Shown: positions 18,475 to 27,975 of the stretch, one piece after another
How positions within the stretch are numbered: the stretch's first letter is position 1
Layout of the letters: each line of letters opens with the position of its first letter
NCBI GenBank assembly: GCA_044376115.1
Contig: JBILLK010000024.1
Location: forward strand, 64,001 to 128,000
Length of the DNA: 64,000 bases
Source of the DNA: Polyangiaceae bacterium
Lineage (GTDB): Bacteria > Myxococcota_A > Polyangia > Polyangiales > Polyangiaceae
Direction of reading: 5' to 3'
The notes under the pieces: generated by a model
Seen by the model: only the letters and a program-made list of their open reading frames with translations
The model's database searches: none
What the model was told of the DNA's origin: nothing
Translations under genes and position numbers: made by a program

Positions 18475-21228
18475 ATGCGCCGTACAGAGTCCGCTCCGGC
18501 GAAGACCAACCTGCTCGGGGACCTGACGTCCTTCGTCGGCCGGGCCAACGAGCAAGCGGGCGTGCTCGCCTTGTTCGAGAACGGCGCGCGTTTGGTGACG
18601 GTGACCGGGCTCGGTGGCATCGGCAAGACGCGCTTCGCGATCCGCCTGGCCGCAGCCGAAGCCGAGCCGCTCTCCTCGCACGGCGGCGGCGGCGCTTGGT
18701 TCTGCGATCTCTCCGAGGCGCATACGGCCTTGGGCGTAAACGCCGCGGTGGCCGCGGTGCTCGGCGTCACGCTGAGCAGCAGCGAGGAGAGCACCACCGT
18801 TGCCCGCGCCATCGCGCGCCGCAAACGCATCTTGCTGGTGCTCGACAACTTCGAGCAGGCCGTCAGCTGCGCCGCAGAGACGCTCGCGCATTGGATGAAA
18901 GAAGCACCGCACGCGCGCTTCCTGGTGACCTCGCGCGTCGCGCTGGGGATCGCCGGCGAGCAACAATGGCCGTTGGTTCCGCTCGCCACGCCGGGCGAGG
19001 AGGAGTTACGGCCAGAGGTCCTGGCCGAGAGCGAAGCGGTGCAGCTGTTCATCAAACGAGCCACGCAAGTGCGGCCAAACCTGGCGCTTTCGCACGAGGC
19101 CCTACGTTCGATCGCCACCATCGTACGACGCTTGGACGGCATCCCGCTGGCGATCGAGCTGGCAGCGGCGCGCACCGCGGTGCTCTCCCCGAGCGCGCTA
19201 TTGCAGCGCTTGAGCCAGCCCCTCGAGGTTCTGCAGCGCAGCTCGGACGCCGGGAAACACAGCTCGATGCGCAGCGCCATCGCCGACTCGGTGCGCCAAC
19301 TCGGCGACTACGAGCAACGCTGTTTGGCGGCGCTATCGGTGTTTCGCTCGGGGTTCACCCTGTCGGCCGCCGAGTCGGTTTTGCCACAAGGCGGGAGCCC
19401 GCTAGCGGCGCTGGAGAGGCTCGTCGCCCATTCGCTGGTGCGGGCGGAAGAGGCGCGCTCGAGGCGGACGGCACCGGCCGAGCCAGCTGCGCAAGGAGAG
19501 CTTCGCTTTACGCTGTTCGAGGCGATCCGTGAGTTTGCCCGAGGCATGTTGGAATCGGAGCAGGCGCAGGTGGAGCTGCGGTCGCGCCACGCAGATTACT
19601 ATCGAAACGCGGTGCAGACCTGGGCACTCGAGTCGCCGACCGATCGCACCGCCGGCCTGGCTCGCATGGAGCAGGAGCTCGAGAACCTGCTGCTCGCTCA
19701 TGCCACGCTCAAAGCCGACGCGTCGTCCGCGGCACGCAGCAAAGCGGCGCTCTTGGCGCTGCAGCTCACCCCGCTGCTTTCGCGCCGCGGCCTCTTCCGA
19801 CTGCTCAAGGAGCTGCTCGATGAGGCGGTGGAGAGCGCACGGCAGCAGCCTGAGAGCGCGGTGCAGTTGGCCGAGGCGTTGGTCGCACGTGGACAGGCCT
19901 CGCGCGATTTGGGCTTGCCCCAGGAGGCACGCAAAGACCTCGAGCAGGCGGTCGAGCTCGCGCAGCGTGAGCGCGCACCGCGCGTCGAGGCGCAGGCGCT
20001 GCTGCGTTTGGGCGAGCTGATTGAGACGGCCGGCGCCACCGCCGAGGCGCGCAGCTACTTTGCTCGTGCGCTCGAGCTCGACGCCGACTCGCCCAGCGCG
20101 CAGTTCCGCGCGGAGGTGGGCCGGCGCATCGCGCATGCCCTGCGCCGCGAGGGCGATCTCGAGCAGGCCGAACGACGCATCTTCGAGGCGCAGGTGCTTT
20201 ATCGCGCCGCTGGCGACGACGAGGGCTTGGGGCTTTGTCTCTATGAAGCGGCGGTGGTGGCGATGTTTCGTCAGCGCTACGACGAAGCGTTGGCGCGCTT
20301 CGATGAGGCGCTTCCTTTGGTGCGCGCGCACGGCGCGCGCTTAGCGGAGGGCGCGTTGCTCTCCGGCTTGGGCATCTATCAGCAGGAGCGTGGCGAGCTG
20401 CCACGAGCCCTGGAGCTGCATCAGCAGGCGGTGGAGTTGTTCCGTGAGTTGGGCCACCGGCACCGCGAAGCGAGCGCGCTCTACTACCTTGGTGGTTGCT
20501 ACCTCGAGCGCGCGCAATGGTCCGATGCCGCGCGCATTTTCGAGCAGTCGCTGCGGCTATCGCAGTCGGTTTCGGCGCCACGTTATGTGGCTTTGGTGCA
20601 AGGCGCCCAGGCGGTGCTGATGGCCGTGCTCGGGGACTTTGCGGCGGCCGATGCGCACTTGCAACAAGCCGCGCGCGCGCTCGAGGCCTGCAGCAGTGAA
20701 GGCACGCTGCTCGCGACGATTGCGCTGCATCGACTCAACGTACAAGGCCGGAAAATCCCCGCCGAGGCGCGCGAGCGCAAGGCCGAAGCACAGGCCCTGG
20801 CGCAGGACCACGCCGTCGACGACACACGCTTCGCCCTGCGCCTTTTCGAGCTCAGCGCACGAAGCGAGATCGCCCCCGGTGACACCGGCGATGCCCTGCT
20901 CATACGAGCGAACGGCAGCGCCTTCCGCCTACCTGGAACCAACGCGGACGTCGATCTCTCGCGGCGCGCACCGCTGAGGCGCATCCTTGTCGCGCTCGCC
21001 CAACGGCGCCTCGAGGCGCCGGGCGAAGGGCTGGACGTCGAAGAGATCCTCGCCGCCGGCTGGCCCGGTGAGCGCGTGAGCGACCGCGCCGGCAACAATC
21101 GCGTTCACGTGGCCCTCACCACCTTGCGCAACCTCGGCTTACGCGGCGTGCTCGTGAGCAGCCCCGGCGGCTACTCCCTGCGTGCGTCGGAGAAGGTCGT
21201 GCTCGAGGGCGCGCCCACGGCCGACTGA
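18475..21228 (+). CDS. STAND-type (NB-ARC/AAA) ATPase with TPR array and C-terminal winged helix
   Basis: SFVGR, Walker A GLGGIGKT, Walker B LLVLDNFE, LDGIPLAIELAAAR, TPR repeats, C-terminal WPGE...NRVHVALTTLRNLGL. Confidence 0.9.
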   Translation: MRRTESAPAKTNLLGDLTSFVGRANEQAGVLALFENGARLVTVTGLGGIGKTRFAIRLAAAEAEPLSSHGGGGAWFCDLSEAHTALGVNAAVAAVLGVTLSSSEESTTVARAIARRKRILLVLDNFEQAVSCAAETLAHWMKEAPHARFLVTSRVALGIAGEQQWPLVPLATPGEEELRPEVLAESEAVQLFIKRATQVRPNLALSHEALRSIATIVRRLDGIPLAIELAAARTAVLSPSALLQRLSQPLEVLQRSSDAGKHSSMRSAIADSVRQLGDYEQRCLAALSVFRSGFTLSAAESVLPQGGSPLAALERLVAHSLVRAEEARSRRTAPAEPAAQGELRFTLFEAIREFARGMLESEQAQVELRSRHADYYRNAVQTWALESPTDRTAGLARMEQELENLLLAHATLKADASSAARSKAALLALQLTPLLSRRGLFRLLKELLDEAVESARQQPESAVQLAEALVARGQASRDLGLPQEARKDLEQAVELAQRERAPRVEAQALLRLGELIETAGATAEARSYFARALELDADSPSAQFRAEVGRRIAHALRREGDLEQAERRIFEAQVLYRAAGDDEGLGLCLYEAAVVAMFRQRYDEALARFDEALPLVRAHGARLAEGALLSGLGIYQQERGELPRALELHQQAVELFRELGHRHREASALYYLGGCYLERAQWSDAARIFEQSLRLSQSVSAPRYVALVQGAQAVLMAVLGDFAAADAHLQQAARALEACSSEGTLLATIALHRLNVQGRKIPAEARERKAEAQALAQDHAVDDTRFALRLFELSARSEIAPGDTGDALLIRANGSAFRLPGTNADVDLSRRAPLRRILVALAQRRLEAPGEGLDVEEILAAGWPGERVSDRAGNNRVHVALTTLRNLGLRGVLVSSPGGYSLRASEKVVLEGAPTAD

Positions 21229-21287
21229 GCGCCGCTTGTTAGCGGCTCGGTTGAGGGTCGAGCGGCGAGCGCGTAGCATTCGGCCGC

Positions 21288-22154
21288 ATGATGGGCCGCT
21301 TACAAAGGCACCCGCTTTCGTCAGCGGCGCTCTTCTTCCTTGCCTGCGGCGGTGATGGAGGCAGCGCGCAACGTTTGGTGCTGGAGCCAACTGCACCGCG
21401 TGTCATGGACTCCGCGACAGCGTCGCCCTCGAACGCCGCCAACAGCCCGTCAGCCCCGATCCCGAGCGACATGGTGCTCGTGCCGGAGGGGCCGTTCCTG
21501 CGCGGCTCCCTCCCTGGCGTTGGCCTCGAAGACGAGCACCCGCAGCGCAGCATCATCCTGGCCGCCTTCCTGATCGACGTGACCGAGGTGACCCAAGCCA
21601 ACTATGCACGTTGTGTTGACGCCGGGCGCTGCGTAGCGCCCAAGTGCAAGGCGGACCGAGCGACGGACTGGGATCCTTCGGGGCGTGCGACGCATCCGGT
21701 GGTGTGCATCGCGTGGAGCGAGGCGAAGGCATTCTGCGAATTCGTCGGCAAGCGTCTACCCACGGAGGCCGAGTGGGAGAAGGCCGCGCGCGGGCCTGAC
21801 GGGAGGCTATATCCGTGGGGCAATGATGCACCAACCTGCGAGCACGCCAATTACTTCGAGTGCGACCGCAAAGGCACCGAGCCTGTGGGCAGCCACCCAA
21901 CTGGCCGGAGCCCATACGGCGCGCTCGACATGGCCGGCAACGTCTGGGAGTGGACCGCCGACTTCCACCTCGCAAACTACTACGTGGCTAGCTCGGCAAA
22001 GGACCCAGAGGGTCCATCGGATGGAGACCGCAAGGTCGTTCGTGGAGGGGCGTTCAAGTACGGCGCGTCGGAGCTACTCTCGGCAGGTCGGACCTACGAC
22101 GCGCCCACCGTACACTTCGAACACGTCGGCGTCCGCTGCGCCAAGTCGAGATAG
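21288..22154 (+). CDS. FGE-sulfatase (SUMF1) domain lipoprotein
   Basis: Lipobox FLAC; EVT, HPVV, RLPTEAEWEKAARG, YPWG, DMAGNVWEW, RGG, GVRCA. Confidence 0.93.
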   Translation: MMGRLQRHPLSSAALFFLACGGDGGSAQRLVLEPTAPRVMDSATASPSNAANSPSAPIPSDMVLVPEGPFLRGSLPGVGLEDEHPQRSIILAAFLIDVTEVTQANYARCVDAGRCVAPKCKADRATDWDPSGRATHPVVCIAWSEAKAFCEFVGKRLPTEAEWEKAARGPDGRLYPWGNDAPTCEHANYFECDRKGTEPVGSHPTGRSPYGALDMAGNVWEWTADFHLANYYVASSAKDPEGPSDGDRKVVRGGAFKYGASELLSAGRTYDAPTVHFEHVGVRCAKSR

Positions 22155-22188
22155 GAAGCCCACGCCCCGCGTCGCACTACAGGCCCCA

Positions 22189-23061
22189 TCACGGCAAGGC
22201 GGTGCACGAAGGTGCAGCAGCGTTATCGACACAGACCAGCGCCCGAAGGGCCGCAGGGGTCGCGTCGAGGTTACCGATCGCGAACGCAGTGACGACGGCC
22301 CCTGGGGGAACAGAGACGCCGGGTAGGACCAAGGCATCGCTGAAGCTGCCAGACGCGCGCGCACTGAGCGTGACAGCGGAGAGTGGGTCTGTCTGGAGGT
22401 AGTCCCCACCCGCGACCTGCCCGACCAAGCCGTACGATACGTTGCTAAAGAGTGGGCTGAAGTCGGGCCCCGAACCGAGTCCGACGTCAACATTGGGGGT
22501 ATCGGGTGAGAGGTGCACGAAGCGCACGCTGATCTTGTCCGCTGGGACGTCCAGGTTATCGACATAGGCCTTCAAGTCGAAGGCCGCGTCGTTGCCGGCG
22601 GGGCTTACCATTCCTGTCGCGGCTACCGTGTAGTTGGTGTTCTCGCTAACTGTGATTCCGGTGAAATCCGGGATGCCGAGAGAGTCGTCGCAGCTGAGCG
22701 CGTCAGCCGCCAGCAGACGCACTCCGTACGTCCCGGCGGCGACAGGCAAGTAGCCTGTGACGTTGGGGTAGGACAAGCCGGCGTTCACGCCCACGGATTG
22801 CAGCACCGGGCCCACGGCGGGTGCGCCCGCTGGGAGCAGGCAGAAATCGACAGCAGGTGCATCGGGTGAGAGATGCGCAACGCGAACCTGTGCGTTCCCC
22901 ACGGCAACGCCGCCGCCTTCACCGCCACCGCCTTCACCGCCACCGCCTTCACCGCCGCCCCCTTCACTATCGCCGTCATCCTCGCTGAACGTCACCTTGC
23001 CACCGCAAGCAACGAGGACCGCAGGGAACACGAACGAGACGCACGCGCGAAAGCACTTCAT
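22189..23061 (-). CDS. DUF4397 domain lipoprotein
   Basis: Lipobox LVAC; two copies of VRVAHLSPDAPAVD / VRFVHLSPDTPNVD; GGGEG linker repeats. Confidence 0.9.
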   Translation of the reverse strand: MKCFRACVSFVFPAVLVACGGKVTFSEDDGDSEGGGGEGGGGEGGGGEGGGVAVGNAQVRVAHLSPDAPAVDFCLLPAGAPAVGPVLQSVGVNAGLSYPNVTGYLPVAAGTYGVRLLAADALSCDDSLGIPDFTGITVSENTNYTVAATGMVSPAGNDAAFDLKAYVDNLDVPADKISVRFVHLSPDTPNVDVGLGSGPDFSPLFSNVSYGLVGQVAGGDYLQTDPLSAVTLSARASGSFSDALVLPGVSVPPGAVVTAFAIGNLDATPAALRALVCVDNAAAPSCTALP

Positions 23062-23186
23062 GACGAAAGCTCCTGTCTTCAACGCGGGAGCGGACGGGCC
23101 AAGCTGGCGAGTCTCGATCCTACGACTAGAGGTGCTTTCGTCGGCGCAGTCGGATCGGATTCGAAGTGTCAGGACGGCGCTGGGAG

Positions 23187-23663
23187 CTAGGCCTTGAAGC
23201 CAGCTGCTTCGCGACCGTTCGGCTTCGATGCGTCGTTCGGATCATCCGAGCCCAGAATGCCGCGCACCTCACTGCGAGGGCCGAGCGGCCCTCTCGGATG
23301 GAGCGTCGGACTGCGCAGCGGATCGGGGACCACCGAGTTACGTGAGCTGCTGGTGGGCGGCACCGAAGGACCTGTGACCGCCGGCATCACACCTGAGCTC
23401 CGCCGCTCGGCCAAGAAGCCAGAGACCTCCAACTTGAGCGACTGCCAGGCTCGCTTCCACTCTGCGGCCGGTAGCGTGGCTTGCCGGCGGCTCAGCTGAA
23501 AGCAGCGATCCGCCAACAGCCGCGCTGCGTGCGCTGCCCGGCGATCCAAAAGCTCGAGCACCTTCTCTCGGCGCAAAGCCCACTGAGCCAACCATTCCCC
23601 GAGTTCACGAGGCGAGCTGCTCAGTAGATTGCTGGCTCGGCTTCTTTCATCGCTGTCGTTCAA
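23187..23663 (-). CDS. Hypothetical protein
   Basis: Helical N-half and Ser/Pro-rich C-half (RSSGVMPAV); TTG start after AAGGGAAGGGG. Start inferred. Confidence 0.5.
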   Translation of the reverse strand: MNDSDERSRASNLLSSSPRELGEWLAQWALRREKVLELLDRRAAHAARLLADRCFQLSRRQATLPAAEWKRAWQSLKLEVSGFLAERRSSGVMPAVTGPSVPPTSSSRNSVVPDPLRSPTLHPRGPLGPRSEVRGILGSDDPNDASKPNGREAAGFKA

Positions 23664-23731
23664 CTCGGACCCCTTCCCTTGGTGCGCTGCGCAGCAAAGC
23701 ACACCTAAAGGCAGCCTGGTAGTGTGCCAGC

Positions 23732-24274
23732 TTATTTTCTTTTTTGCGCCGTTCGCCAAGCAGGGAAGACCGCATCTGTCAGTGCAAATACGTACTCATC
23801 CTCGAGCGAAAGCTCGACCAGGGTGCGCGCCAAGCCAACCAAATAGTCGACGTTGCTTCCACTCGGGCCGGCCGCCGCTTGAATCTGCGCCACCATGTCC
23901 TGCCAAGCCGCCTCACCAAGCCAATCAGGGTTGTTCGGCAAAGCTGCGTAGACGAGCGCGTCGGTGGCCAGGTCCGCGCCTTCGCGATCGATCAGCGGCA
24001 AGAGCATGCGCGAATAGCCGCCGCGCTCACGGTGGTCGAGCCGCGCGATCACCGCTGCCTCGTGCTCTTCGGACACCAAGTACGCCATACCCCAGGTGAC
24101 GCCGGGACTCGGAACCACCGTTACCACGCGCCCCGGGGCGGACGGCACGCCGCGATGATCGGTCGACCCTTGGAAGAAGCGCCGCTCAAAGCCAACGATG
24201 CCCGCGACCACCCGTCGCTCAAACGGGAAGTCAGGTCGGAACATCAGTGAGCCGTAGGCGAACACCCACAACAT
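23732..24274 (-). CDS. chaC: Glutathione-specific gamma-glutamylcyclotransferase (ChaC family)
   Basis: LWVFAYGSL, STDHRG.PSAPGRVVT, LDHRE..GY, GPSGSNVDY; RBS AAGGAGG. Confidence 0.93.
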   Translation of the reverse strand: MLWVFAYGSLMFRPDFPFERRVVAGIVGFERRFFQGSTDHRGVPSAPGRVVTVVPSPGVTWGMAYLVSEEHEAAVIARLDHRERGGYSRMLLPLIDREGADLATDALVYAALPNNPDWLGEAAWQDMVAQIQAAAGPSGSNVDYLVGLARTLVELSLEDEYVFALTDAVFPAWRTAQKRK

Positions 24275-24422
24275 GGAGCCTTCCTCCTTGGCACGCCTAC
24301 TACGAGTTTGAGAAGTTTGTTGTGCGCAGGCCAACGAGACAGCCTCGCGCTGCAAAACAGCCTCACTGTGGCAGCGCACGGCCTGCCCCATCCGCCACAC
24401 CCCGACTTGAGCACGGGAGCAG

Positions 24423-24439
24423 CTGGCATAGCGGTTGCT
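24423..24439 (+). promoter_or_regulatory. Sigma54 -24/-12 promoter for the csbD-ytxH pair
   Basis: CTGGCATAGCGGTTGCT: GG-N10-GC, close to consensus TGGCAC-N5-TTGCW, ending about 40 nt upstream of the csbD ATG. Confidence 0.75.
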
Positions 24440-24480
24440 CACCTCAGGCTATGAACAGCGCACCCGCAAAGGGCACGAGC

Positions 24481-24690
24481 ATGCACGCAGAACATAGTTG
24501 GCACATGGCGCAAGGCGCCTGGGAGAAGGCCAAGGGCAGCATCCGGCAAAGCTGGGGAGCCATGACCGACGACGACATCGCCGAGTGCAACGGCAGCCGC
24601 GAGGTGATGATCGGCAAAGTGATGCAGCGCCAGGGCGTCGACCTACCCACGGCAACCAAGCAGGTTGATAACTGGTTAAAAGCCTTATGA
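24481..24690 (+). CDS. csbD: CsbD/YjbJ-family stress protein
   Basis: GAWEKAKGSIRQSWGAMTDDDI...GSREVMIGKVMQRQG. Confidence 0.85.
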   Translation: MHAEHSWHMAQGAWEKAKGSIRQSWGAMTDDDIAECNGSREVMIGKVMQRQGVDLPTATKQVDNWLKAL

Positions 24691-24751
24691 CCCCGGGCCC
24701 AGACTGTCACTTCCAACGAGTCACGGAACCCACAATGCCCGGGAGGTATCT

Positions 24752-25225
24752 ATGAATCCGATTCAATCCGCATTAGCGGACGCTACGCAGGATGTCAGCG
24801 AGACGACGAGCGCGGTCAACCACGAGGTCAAAGATGGCTTCGTCGAGTTGATGGAGCGCGGCGGCCGCTTGCTGAAGACCGCACGGGCGTTTGGCTTTCC
24901 CGAGCTCCTGAGCAGCATTGGCTTGCGGCGCAAGTCGAGCCCATGGGCGCAGCTCGGTCTGTTCTCCACCGGCGTGCTCGTCGGGGCAACCGCGGGCCTC
25001 CTGCTCGCGCCCAGCTCGGGCGCAAAGCTCCGTGAGCAGATCGTCACGCGCACCAAGCGCACGCTATTCCCAGCCAAACAAGTCCCCGGTACCCATCTAG
25101 CGCCGGTCGCCCCCGAGCCGGTACGCATCGAGAGCAACCACGTCGAGGAGAAGAAACCGGCCGAGCACGTAGCCGCCAAAGACATGGACGGCGTAAACCA
25201 CAAACGCGACGGCGCCGGCAGATGA
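24752..25225 (+). CDS. YtxH-domain protein
   Basis: GVLVGATAGLLLAPSSGAKLREQI; RBS GGAGG. Confidence 0.85.
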   Translation: MNPIQSALADATQDVSETTSAVNHEVKDGFVELMERGGRLLKTARAFGFPELLSSIGLRRKSSPWAQLGLFSTGVLVGATAGLLLAPSSGAKLREQIVTRTKRTLFPAKQVPGTHLAPVAPEPVRIESNHVEEKKPAEHVAAKDMDGVNHKRDGAGR

Positions 25226-25299
25226 CGCAGGCCCCGTCGAGACCGACGGAGCCTCCAGCCCAATGCGGCGCCTAGACCTTCACGCGTGAAGTCTGCTGC

Positions 25300-26826
25300 T
25301 CAGTTCGCCGACCACACAACCCAGGCGCCCTGCGCCCAGTCGTCGTTGGCGTCGCGAAAGGCGCCGACGAAATTGGCCGTCGCGTCGAAGAAGGGACCAA
25401 CCGGCGCAACACCATTCGACGGGGGAGTCGCCGGGACGAGGTTGAGCATATTCATGTTGTCGCAGCCCGGAATCCCCGGGTCCGTGGTGGTGTTCACGTT
25501 GTTGGCCGCTGTCGCAAGCCAAGCCACCTCATCAAAGCCAGCGTCATCGTCGTTATAAGGCGAAGGAGCGTTCTCAGGATAAGCAACGAGTGTATTACCG
25601 AAGACCACCGAGTTTTCGAACTCTAGCTGCGGTCCCGAGCCGTTACGCACGTCCACCCCGGCCTCGAACCCAGAGATCAACGCGTTAAAAATGTGGGCCC
25701 GCGTATTTTTGCGCAGGAGCATCCCGTATTGCTGCCCTGCATTGTAATCTTGCCCACAGAGCGTCACGTTGTAGATGGTGGGCTCGCTCAACGGGAGGTT
25801 CCCTGAACCAGCGGCGTCATTGTCCCCTTCAAAGCCGTTCATATCTTGGGGCACCGGGTAGGCCACGTCTTGCTGAAGGACGAGGAACTGCATTTTACCG
25901 CTATAACCAAAGTCCCAGTCGAACCCGTCATCCCCAGGCGCTTGGCAGATCAGGTGGCTGACGTTCACCGTCCCGCCGAAGAACTCAAAACAGTCATCGG
26001 TCGTTTGGCGAACCATCACGTGGTTGACCACGGTGCCGCTACCAACTCCGCCAAACGTAACTCCGTTTAGTTCATTGTTCGGCGCAATCGCCTTACCGCC
26101 ATATTCGACCCGGACGTACTCGAGCCTGCCGCTGTTGTCGGCGGGGTTGTTGCCGCCATATTTGGCGTTGTTCACGTCAACGATGCCTTCAACGGTCCCT
26201 TCGATCTCCACGCCGTTCGCGTCGAGCACGTTGATGGGTGCGTTGCCGAGGATCACCAAGCCGCCCCAGTCACCCGGGTCGGCGAAGGCCCCGCCCTCGC
26301 TGGTGAATACAATCGGCCGATCCGGCTCGCCCACCGCTTCGATCTTGGCGCCAGGCCGAATGACCAACGCAGCTCCGGTGGTCTTGTCGCCGAAGACTGT
26401 GGTGTTGGCCTCAATCGTGAGCACCGCGGGAGCCTGGACGAAGACCTCGCCGGTCAACTTGTAATTCTTGTCACAGGTCAGCGTGAAGTCGGAGGTGATC
26501 TCTCCTTCCACGGTCACGGTTGCCTTCTCGGCAATCGGGACGTCGCACGGGTTGGGGCCCATGCCGCCCATACCGCCCATGCCGCCGCTGGCCATGCCAC
26601 CCATGCCGCCGCTGGCCATGCCGCCCATGCCGCCGCTAGCCATGCCGCCCATGCCGCCGCCGCCGTTGGTTGCGCCTCCGCCCCCGTCGGCTCCACCTGT
26701 TCCGCCGCTGCCGGCTGTCCCGCCTCCACCGTTGAGACCCACGCGGTAATCACCGGCGCCGATGATCAGATCGCAACCCGCGAGCGAAAGCACCATAACC
26801 AAGGAGCCGATTCGTGAAGTGCGCAT
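25300..26826 (-). CDS. Lipoprotein with right-handed beta-helix-like domain
   Basis: Lipobox LAGC, GGMGGMAS linker repeats, PIVFTS, GDWGGLVILG, DNSGRLEYVRVEYGG, NELNGVTFGGVGSGT, DDCFEFFGG. Coupled to the upstream gene by TAATG. Confidence 0.85.
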   Translation of the reverse strand: MRTSRIGSLVMVLSLAGCDLIIGAGDYRVGLNGGGGTAGSGGTGGADGGGGATNGGGGMGGMASGGMGGMASGGMGGMASGGMGGMGGMGPNPCDVPIAEKATVTVEGEITSDFTLTCDKNYKLTGEVFVQAPAVLTIEANTTVFGDKTTGAALVIRPGAKIEAVGEPDRPIVFTSEGGAFADPGDWGGLVILGNAPINVLDANGVEIEGTVEGIVDVNNAKYGGNNPADNSGRLEYVRVEYGGKAIAPNNELNGVTFGGVGSGTVVNHVMVRQTTDDCFEFFGGTVNVSHLICQAPGDDGFDWDFGYSGKMQFLVLQQDVAYPVPQDMNGFEGDNDAAGSGNLPLSEPTIYNVTLCGQDYNAGQQYGMLLRKNTRAHIFNALISGFEAGVDVRNGSGPQLEFENSVVFGNTLVAYPENAPSPYNDDDAGFDEVAWLATAANNVNTTTDPGIPGCDNMNMLNLVPATPPSNGVAPVGPFFDATANFVGAFRDANDDWAQGAWVVWSAN

Positions 26827-27851
26827 TAGAAGCTCCCTTTCAGCGACAAATTCTGAGGTCCAATAAAGAGCGACACCGATTCACCGGAACCACCGGACGC
26901 GAGCCCGATGCCCAGCAACGTGGCCCCGAGCGCTACCCCGACGCCTCCGATGATGAAGGTGGCGGTAGAAACGCTGGCAAACGTGTTCATGCTGTCAATG
27001 TCCGATTGGGCCGACGCGGGGCACAATCCCTCGACGCAGACCTCATCCAGGCTGGATTGCTTGCCCGAAGCCAGCCCACCGAACACCGCACCGAGGATCA
27101 GGCTCGCGCCGCCCACACCCAACGCGACTCCGCCCGCGGGAACGAGCGGGCTCGAGCCCGACTCAACGGGTGCGGAGGGCGGTTTCACCGGCTGCTCCGG
27201 TTTCGTTCCCGGATCGACGGGGGGAGTCACCTCGGGCGTTGGTTTCACAGCGTTCGGATCGGGCTCGAGTTTGAGCACGAGCTTCTCTGTTTGACCGCTG
27301 ACCAGCGTGATCTCAGCCGTCGCCGTAAGAAAGCCTGGAGCCGACGCTGAGATTGAGTGTTTGGTCGGATCAGCGGGCCGGTCCACGCCCAGCAACACGG
27401 CATCCACAGGCTCGCCGTTGTCGGTGACGGTGATGACCGTATTGGCCGGGGCCTCCACCTCGAGCTTCAGCCGAGCGAGCTTCTTGAGAGCATCCGGCAG
27501 CACCTTCCGGGCACGATTTTGCGCCTCGATAAAGGCGTCCGGCGCCCGCTCCGGCAGCACCGCGCGTGCAGCCGCCTGCAAGTTCTCTGTGCCGGCAACG
27601 ACTTTACCCGAAGCAATTTGGCACTCCCCGAGCGGGACGATGATCGAGGGCACTGGCAGGAGCTTTTTGGCCCGACTGAGCTTGTCAATCGCCTCATCGC
27701 AGCGGCCTTCGCGCGCGGCTGTAACACCCTCTTGACCAAGGGTACGCGCCGCCGAAAGCTGAGCCTCGTCCTGTGCGAAGGCAGTCGTGGGGACCAAGAG
27801 CCCCAAAGATAGCGTGAACAGCGCAGCGTGGCGCCGAAGCGAAAAACTCAT
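26826..27851 (-). CDS. Secreted TPR + PEGA-like protein with C-terminal membrane hairpin
   Basis: Signal peptide (TAFA), TPR-like ARTLGQEG...AIDKLSRA, PEGA-like beta domain, Pro linker, hydrophobic hairpin with C-x4-C loop, ends LSLKGSF. Confidence 0.85.
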   Translation of the reverse strand: MSFSLRRHAALFTLSLGLLVPTTAFAQDEAQLSAARTLGQEGVTAAREGRCDEAIDKLSRAKKLLPVPSIIVPLGECQIASGKVVAGTENLQAAARAVLPERAPDAFIEAQNRARKVLPDALKKLARLKLEVEAPANTVITVTDNGEPVDAVLLGVDRPADPTKHSISASAPGFLTATAEITLVSGQTEKLVLKLEPDPNAVKPTPEVTPPVDPGTKPEQPVKPPSAPVESGSSPLVPAGGVALGVGGASLILGAVFGGLASGKQSSLDEVCVEGLCPASAQSDIDSMNTFASVSTATFIIGGVGVALGATLLGIGLASGGSGESVSLFIGPQNLSLKGSF

Positions 27852-27975
27852 GGGGCCATGTTAATGTGGTGCGAGGCCAACATGCCAGAGGCCTGAATAA
27901 GAAAGCCCTGTTGCAAAACTGTCACCTGCAACAGCGCAGAAGCGCATAAGCTCGCATTCTCACACCGAGGACCCC

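Noticed and set aside
18475..21228. STAND ATPase as an Avs/NLR-like antiphage system
   Set aside because: No toxic effector domain; the architecture fits a transcriptional regulator better.
24288..24304. TTGGCACG -24-like element
   Set aside because: No GC at the -12 position.
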